DNA of 6,871 bases from an uncultured archaeon. GTDB taxonomy: Archaea > Asgardarchaeota > Thorarchaeia > Thorarchaeales > Thorarchaeaceae. The DNA lies in assembly GCA_964648855.1 (NCBI GenBank), contig CAZYLT010000047.1:1-6871 (forward strand). Direction: 5' to 3'. Positions 1 through 5,098 of the stretch are shown here, in pieces; position 1 is the first letter of the stretch, and every line of letters starts with the position of its first letter. The position numbers and the translations under genes were made by a program. Below the pieces are notes generated by a model. It saw only the letters and a program-made list of their open reading frames with translations. It made no database searches and was not told where the DNA came from.

Positions 1-2
1 TA

Positions 3-131
3 GCATCTGCAGTTGTTGTTGACCGCATCTTCTTCAAGGGCAAAGGCGGCATGGGTCGATGCATCATATGTCTTGTGCTGTTAGCTATATTATTTGCCGC
101 AACAATCGGCGTTACGCTTTTGGGGCCATAG
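3..131 (+). CDS. Partial CDS (3' end) of a protein with a C-terminal transmembrane helix; possibly LURP-one/scramblase-like
   Basis: Frame 3 is open from the window edge: ASAVVVDRIFFKGKGGMGRCIICLVLLAILFAATIGVTLLGP* (TAG 129-131). It has a ~20-aa hydrophobic tail. 'ASAVVVDRIFF' resembles the terminal helix of LURP-one/scramblase domains (weak, from recall). Confidence 0.6.
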   Translation, partial: ASAVVVDRIFFKGKGGMGRCIICLVLLAILFAATIGVTLLGP

Positions 132-192
132 TGGATTAGAGTGTTGTCAACCTGTAAAAGGAAAGTATTCTTCTGGTTTGGCAGCGCTCCGC

Positions 193-204
193 TCTCTCTT
201 TTTT
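193..204 (+). terminator. Putative archaeal oligo-T terminator
   Basis: TCTCTCTTTTTT pyrimidine tract between two convergent genes (stops at 131 and 212). Confidence 0.4.
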
Positions 205-211
205 AGAAAGA

Positions 212-874
212 TCAACCTGACTCTATGTAAGTAGTCATTTCTTTGACAATCTCAATCATGACTTCTAACAGTGTTTGAGGTCCACTCGGCACTTCCATCC
301 CGTGATTGCCATCTTTGATAACCTTGCCCACACCATCAGTTGTCTGTAGCAAATCCTCCAGAACAGATGCATCGTAATGTGGATCACGAGTGCCTATGAC
401 CAGAAGCGGTCGAGAGCTATGGGTTCGTATCGCATCTTGTACGTCTTCTGACAAAATCAAAGGCGTGTGCCATATGGTCTTCATCTGGCGAGTTTCAGGG
501 TAGTTATTCAAAAGGTGAGATAAGGCAATAGTACCCAGAAACTTGCCAACGAGAATTTCTACATCAGCATCAATTTTCTTTCTCGCAGACTCATATGCGG
601 CTGAAGTGTCAGTAATAATCCATTTCATCTGTTCTGGTTTGCTGGAGTTATTGAAATCACTGGTATCCCCGTAATTGTAGTTGATGTTCAATACGTTATA
701 TCCCATATTGAGCAATGTTCTAGCGGTATAATACAGAAGAGGAGCCTGGGTTGTGTAACCTCTCCCAGGGAAAATAAGAGCTAATTTGTTGGACTCCCTC
801 TTCAGATGTAGATATTCATTTGGAACGTTCCGTCCCCCGTATCCAAAGATGGCAATCTCATCAAATGAGTACAT
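212..874 (-). CDS. Alpha/beta-hydrolase-fold protein; nucleophile position is Phe instead of Ser (possibly inactive)
   Basis: Motifs: LIFPGRGYTTQAPLLYY (oxyanion region), ILVGKFLGT (elbow, normally GKSLG/GKSIG), LVIGTRDPH (acid) and DGNHGM (His). Start placed at ATG 874 (MYSF...); upstream in-frame ATGs exist at 895 and 892. Confidence 0.85.
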   Translation of the reverse strand: MYSFDEIAIFGYGGRNVPNEYLHLKRESNKLALIFPGRGYTTQAPLLYYTARTLLNMGYNVLNINYNYGDTSDFNNSSKPEQMKWIITDTSAAYESARKKIDADVEILVGKFLGTIALSHLLNNYPETRQMKTIWHTPLILSEDVQDAIRTHSSRPLLVIGTRDPHYDASVLEDLLQTTDGVGKVIKDGNHGMEVPSGPQTLLEVMIEIVKEMTTYIESG

Positions 875-1011
875 GCTCCTAGATAGACACATCATAGCAT
901 ATCATATTGTTCATTCTCAGGGAAAAAGTGTGTGGCGGTTGGTAATGATGTTCCCTTCATAGTCAGAAAAGGCTAATACCGTTCGACTTGTATAAGATAT
1001 CGAGGGGAACA

Positions 1012-1629
1012 ATGCTGGCTGAAGATGTTAAGGGAGGTAAGTCGGTCCCAGAACGAGGTGACACTAGATGCAAAGTCTGTGGCACTTCAAAGACTGAAAG
1101 ATGGATCAAGTACGGTGATGCAACGTACTGCTCCCTAGATTGTCTTCGTGCAGATTATACTGCCCAAGACATGGTATTGGGTTTCTTTGTGCTGGCTTTT
1201 GGTATAGCCGTGTATCTTGTGTTCCCGCTTACGGGATTTATTCTTGTTTTATTTGGCCTGGTCTTCCTTCATGCATGCTGGATGGGCATAAGAGCACGAC
1301 ATAGAGAAGGCATGCCTTTTGTCTCGCAAGACAGTAAAAAGTATGTTGAGAGGATGAAAAGACAAAGTCCGGATTTCTTGCCTGTCTGCCACTATTGTAA
1401 TCACATCAATGAATCAGAATCAATAACGTGTCAGAATTGTGGAGCATCCTTGCTCAAAGCTGGGCTGCGACCTCCGTCCGCAAAGAACACAAAACCGGTC
1501 CAGTGTCCTATGTGTTCTGCTGTCTATTCGTATAAACAGGTTGAGGGCAAAGATCCTGTCCGAGTGGTTTGTCAAAACTGCAATATGCCCTTTATCATAG
1601 AGTGGGGTGGTCTTGCTGTGGAACTCTGA
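1012..1629 (+). CDS. Membrane protein with three zinc-binding modules (TRASH/MYM-like finger, 2 TM helices, two zinc ribbons)
   Basis: CKVC...YCSLDC; hydrophobic hairpin MVLGFFVLAFGIAVYLVFPLTGFILVLFGLVFLHACW; CHYC...CQNC; CPMC...CQNC. ATG 1012 follows GAGGGG (1002-1007). The start is uncertain. Confidence 0.8.
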   Translation: MLAEDVKGGKSVPERGDTRCKVCGTSKTERWIKYGDATYCSLDCLRADYTAQDMVLGFFVLAFGIAVYLVFPLTGFILVLFGLVFLHACWMGIRARHREGMPFVSQDSKKYVERMKRQSPDFLPVCHYCNHINESESITCQNCGASLLKAGLRPPSAKNTKPVQCPMCSAVYSYKQVEGKDPVRVVCQNCNMPFIIEWGGLAVEL

Positions 1630-1699
1630 AAAGAAACATGTTTTGTTAGATTAGGTCAATTTTCAACATTTCTGAATCCTAGACTGAAAGAGGGATAAG

Positions 1700-1750
1700 C
1701 GAAACTTTTTACCTCTGACATCATATGTAGTTAACAATAGAAAATTTATC
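1700..1750 (+). promoter_or_regulatory. Candidate archaeal BRE/TATA promoter(s) for the dehydrogenase operon
   Basis: CGAAACTTTTTACC (1700-1713) and GAAAATTTATC (1740-1750): purine-rich BRE-like bases followed by T-rich TATA-like boxes in the AT-rich spacer upstream of E1alpha. Confidence 0.35.
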
Positions 1751-1826
1751 CTGTTGATTGAACCATGCCAAATGGAGATTCTGTCATTCGATCTATTCGG
1801 TTTTACGATGGAGATGTAGAGACTTG

Positions 1827-2891
1827 ATGCGTGTATTGGAACTAGATGGGACAATAAACAAAGACCTAGAGCCTGATATTCCAGATGATGAATTGAAAAG
1901 ATGGTATAGAACCATGGTGGCTCTTCGCACCTTAGATGAGAAGGGGATGAAGTTACAGCGGCAGGGACGGATTGGATTTCATATTCCTACAACCGGACAA
2001 GAAGCGCATGTGGCCGCGGTGGCAGCTCTGGAAAAGAGAGATTGGATATTCCCAGCCTATAGAGAGCATGGGGCTGCAATGTATAGGGGGACACAATTGG
2101 AGAACATTGTTAATCAGTTCTTTGCCAACACAGAAGATCTTCAAAAAGGACGAAGACTTCCTGGTCTTTTCGGGGACCCTGATGTCAGGTTCGTAAATCC
2201 ATCCGCCCCAATAGGAACTCAGATCATCCATGCTGTGGGCGCAGCTTATGCCGCACGATATCGGGGAGATGATGTCATAACGCTGGTTTTCTTTGGCGAG
2301 GGTGCAACAAGTAGTAATGACTTCCATTCAGGGATGACCTTTGCAGGCGTGTTTCAAACGCCATCGGTGTTGATTTGTCAAAACAATCAGTATGCTATCT
2401 CACTCCCTGTGGAAAAACAGACTGGTGCAGAGGAGATAGTGCACAAGGCCAAGGGATATGGTATTCGAGGAGTGCAAGTTGATGGCAATGACGTTCTTGC
2501 TATATATAATGCAGCCAAAGAGGCTGTTGAACGAGCTAGATCAGGAGAGGGACCCACATTCATAGAGAGTGTTACCTATCGGAGAGGCCCACATACCTCA
2601 TCAGACGATCCAAGCAGATACAGATCGGAAGAAGAGGTCCAGAGATGGGCCGAGAGAGACCCCATAGAACGCCTAGGCAAATACCTTCGTGAAAGGAATA
2701 TCTTCACAGAGGAAGAGCTAAAAGAAATACACGAAGAATTTGATGAAAAACTCAAGAAGTTAATTAAGAGGGCGGCAGAGAAAGATAAGGTAGGAATAGA
2801 GACCATATTCAGCGATGTCTACGCACAGATGCCTTGGCATCTCCAAGAACAGCTGAGAAGTCTGAGAGAACTCAAGAAGAGGAGGGGATAG
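1827..2891 (+). CDS. pdhA: 2-oxoacid dehydrogenase E1 alpha subunit (pyruvate/branched-chain family; BCKDH-like signatures)
   Basis: LQRQGRIGF, GQEA, YREHG, ThDP/Mg motif GEGATS...QNNQYAIS, VDGNDVLA, and catalytic loop YRRGPHTSSDDPSRYR. Start is ATG 1827 or TTG 1824, after GGAGA (1810-1814). The ORF-track extension from 1758 does not resemble the family. Confidence 0.95.
   Translation: MRVLELDGTINKDLEPDIPDDELKRWYRTMVALRTLDEKGMKLQRQGRIGFHIPTTGQEAHVAAVAALEKRDWIFPAYREHGAAMYRGTQLENIVNQFFANTEDLQKGRRLPGLFGDPDVRFVNPSAPIGTQIIHAVGAAYAARYRGDDVITLVFFGEGATSSNDFHSGMTFAGVFQTPSVLICQNNQYAISLPVEKQTGAEEIVHKAKGYGIRGVQVDGNDVLAIYNAAKEAVERARSGEGPTFIESVTYRRGPHTSSDDPSRYRSEEEVQRWAERDPIERLGKYLRERNIFTEEELKEIHEEFDEKLKKLIKRAAEKDKVGIETIFSDVYAQMPWHLQEQLRSLRELKKRRG
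2881..2885 (+). promoter_or_regulatory. Shine-Dalgarno site for E1 beta
   Basis: GGAGG within the last codons of E1alpha, 8 nt before the in-frame TTA at 2894. Confidence 0.55.
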
Positions 2892-2893
2892 TC

Positions 2894-3871
2894 TTACCAG
2901 AACGGACTATGGTTGAGAGCATACGATTGGCTGTTGATGAAGAAATGGAGAGGGATGATAGAGTTATCTTGTTGGGAGAAGATATCGGGGTCAACGGTGG
3001 AGTCTTTCGAGCCACAGAGGGGCTTCTAGATAAGTACGGTAAAGAACGAGTCATAGATACACCCCTAAGTGAAAGTGGAGTGATAGGTTTCGCTACGGGA
3101 ATGGCGCTCTACGGACTAAGACCAGTAGCTGAGATTCAGTTTATTGACTTCATTTGGCCCGGCTTTGATCAGATAATGTCTGAGGTGACGAAGTACAGGT
3201 ATCGAAGCGGTGGAGCATATCACGTGCCCTTAGTTTTGCGAGCCCCGTATGGTGGAGGAGTAGGTGGTGCACTCTACCACAGTCAGAGTCCAGAAACATA
3301 TTTCACTCATACCCCAGGAATCAAAGTTGTCATTCCCAGCAACCCATATGATAGCAAAGGTCTCCTCATTTCTGCCATAAGAGACCCCGATCCGGTATTA
3401 TTCATGGAGCCAAAACGTATCTACAGGGCATTTCGCCAAGAAGTGCCTAATGGCGAATACCAGGTACCTCTTGCAGAAGCAAGCATAGCGCGGGAAGGAT
3501 CAGATGTGACTCTGCTCTCATATGGTTCTATGTTACATGTGGCATTAGACGCTGCAGAAGAGGCAATAGATAAGAACGAAATAGACTGCGAGGTCATTGA
3601 TTTAAGGACGCTAATGCCTCTGGATATCGAAACATTAGAGAAATCGGTGACCAAGACAGGACGTGTTGTCAGTGTCACGGAAGCCCCTAAAACATCTGGT
3701 TTCGGAGGAGAACTCTCAGCTCTTGTGGCGGAGAGATGGATTGAATACCTGGAGGGGCCCATTCTCAGAGTTGCAGGCTTTGATACTCCCTTTCCATTCA
3801 TTCAGGAACATGATTACCTACCGACCACAAATCGCGTTATAAGAGCAGTAGAAGAAGTGTATGATTTCTAA
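2894..3871 (+). CDS. pdhB: 2-oxoacid dehydrogenase E1 beta subunit
   Basis: GEDIGVNGGVFRATEGL, DTPLSE, EIQF, GGALYHSQSPE, EVIDLRTL, KTGR. Start uncertain: TTA 2894 (SD-spaced, 325 aa), ATA 2888, or first ATG at 2909 (320 aa). Confidence 0.95.
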   Translation, partial: LPERTMVESIRLAVDEEMERDDRVILLGEDIGVNGGVFRATEGLLDKYGKERVIDTPLSESGVIGFATGMALYGLRPVAEIQFIDFIWPGFDQIMSEVTKYRYRSGGAYHVPLVLRAPYGGGVGGALYHSQSPETYFTHTPGIKVVIPSNPYDSKGLLISAIRDPDPVLFMEPKRIYRAFRQEVPNGEYQVPLAEASIAREGSDVTLLSYGSMLHVALDAAEEAIDKNEIDCEVIDLRTLMPLDIETLEKSVTKTGRVVSVTEAPKTSGFGGELSALVAERWIEYLEGPILRVAGFDTPFPFIQEHDYLPTTNRVIRAVEEVYDF

Positions 3872-3879
3872 GGAGTGAT
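3871..3879 (+). promoter_or_regulatory. Shine-Dalgarno site for E2
   Basis: AGGAGTGAT resembles the extended SD GGAGGTGAT. It lies 7 nt before ATG 3887 and overlaps the E1beta stop TAA. Confidence 0.6.
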
Positions 3880-3886
3880 GGCTATA

Positions 3887-5095
3887 ATGATATTTGAACT
3901 AAAGTTTGCAGATATTGGCGAAGGAGTACAAGAAGGGGAAGTAATGGAGTGGCACGTAAGTGAGGGGGACAAGGTTGAGGAAGAGCAAACTGTTGTTGAG
4001 GTTCATACAGAGAAGGTGAATGTGGAGATCACAACACCCGTAAATGGAACAGTTGTATCTCTGGAAAAAGAAGAGGGCGATATTGTTCAAGTCAATGAAA
4101 TTCTAATGAAAATTGAAACTGAGGAGGCTCCAGAAGAGGAAGAAGAGCCTACAAAAGAGGAAGAAGATGATTCCCTCTTCAAGCCATCTGCCCCCTTCAA
4201 GATGAGAGATGACAGAAACAAGTCCAAGAAGGTACTAGCGGCTCCAGCAGTGCGGCGAAGAGCTCGAGAGGCGGGTATCGATCTTCAGCTGGTAGAGGGC
4301 ACAGGACCAGCAGGCAGGGTAAAACAAGAAGACCTCGAGCGCTACAAGAAACAGAAAAGGCGCCCACGGCAAGAGGTTGAGAAACGAGAGGAAGTCATCT
4401 CTTTGCGGGGAACTCGGCGTTCAATCGCAAAATCGCTAAGGAAGTCAAAGGACAGAGCGGCTCACTTTACATACTTTGATGAGGTAGACATGTCGGCAAT
4501 GGATGAGCTGAGGAAAGCAGCCAAGTCGATGGCTGAGGAGAAGGGAGTAAGTCTGACCTATCTCCCGTTGATTATCAAATGTCTCATTCCTACGCTCAAA
4601 GAATTCCCGATGTTGAATGCATCATTAGATGATGAGGAAGAGCAGATTATTATCAAGCACTATTACAACATTGGTATTGCTGTGGACACTGAAGAGGGAC
4701 TTATGGTACCTGTCATAAAGAATGCTGATACCAAGACCGTGTGGGATCTTGCGGAGGAGGTTGAAGATTTGGCTACGCGAGCACGTTTGGGGAAGCTGAC
4801 TCTTGAGGATGTACAAGGTGGCACCTTTACGATAACGTCAGTTGGGAATATTGGCGGAGCGATGGCGACCCCCATCATAAACTGGCCTGAAGTCGCCATT
4901 CTCGGCGTTATGCGCAAGAAACTTCGGCCCGTTGTAGTAAAAGAAAACGAGAAACCGGAGATTGCTATACGCCCGACAATGTTTCTATCGATATCGATTG
5001 ATCATAGAGTGGTAGATGGTGCGAAAGTGGCAAGGTTCACTAACCTACTGATGAAGTATATGGAGAATCCCGGACTTGTCTTATTGGAGGAATAG
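3887..5095 (+). CDS. pdhC: Dihydrolipoamide acyltransferase E2 (single lipoyl domain, E1/E3-binding domain, catalytic domain)
   Basis: MIFELKFADIGEGVQEGEV; lipoyl turn HTEKV (Lys codon 4013-4015); binding domain LAAPAVRRRAREAGIDL...GTGPAGRV; GGTFTIT; PIINWPEVAILG; catalytic DHRVVDG. Confidence 0.95.
   Translation: MIFELKFADIGEGVQEGEVMEWHVSEGDKVEEEQTVVEVHTEKVNVEITTPVNGTVVSLEKEEGDIVQVNEILMKIETEEAPEEEEEPTKEEEDDSLFKPSAPFKMRDDRNKSKKVLAAPAVRRRAREAGIDLQLVEGTGPAGRVKQEDLERYKKQKRRPRQEVEKREEVISLRGTRRSIAKSLRKSKDRAAHFTYFDEVDMSAMDELRKAAKSMAEEKGVSLTYLPLIIKCLIPTLKEFPMLNASLDDEEEQIIIKHYYNIGIAVDTEEGLMVPVIKNADTKTVWDLAEEVEDLATRARLGKLTLEDVQGGTFTITSVGNIGGAMATPIINWPEVAILGVMRKKLRPVVVKENEKPEIAIRPTMFLSISIDHRVVDGAKVARFTNLLMKYMENPGLVLLEE
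5086..5090 (+). promoter_or_regulatory. Shine-Dalgarno site for E3
   Basis: GGAGG within the last E2 codons, 8 nt before the in-frame CTG at 5099. Confidence 0.65.
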
Positions 5096-5098
5096 AAT

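Noticed and set aside
941-987. Resemblance to a fluoride (crcB) riboswitch: GGTAATGATGTTCCCT...AGTCAGAAAAGGCTAATACC
   Set aside because: P1 (GGUAA/UCCCU) pairs poorly, the conserved AUGAC and pseudoknot partner are missing, and the downstream gene is not fluoride-related.
1758-1823. N-terminal extension of E1alpha in the ORF track
   Set aside because: It does not resemble the family, lies right against the promoter-like motifs, and an SD-like GGAGA precedes 1824/1827.
2834-2887. TTG 2834 start for E1beta in the ORF track
   Set aside because: It would overlap E1alpha by 58 nt, has no SD, and adds sequence not typical of the family.
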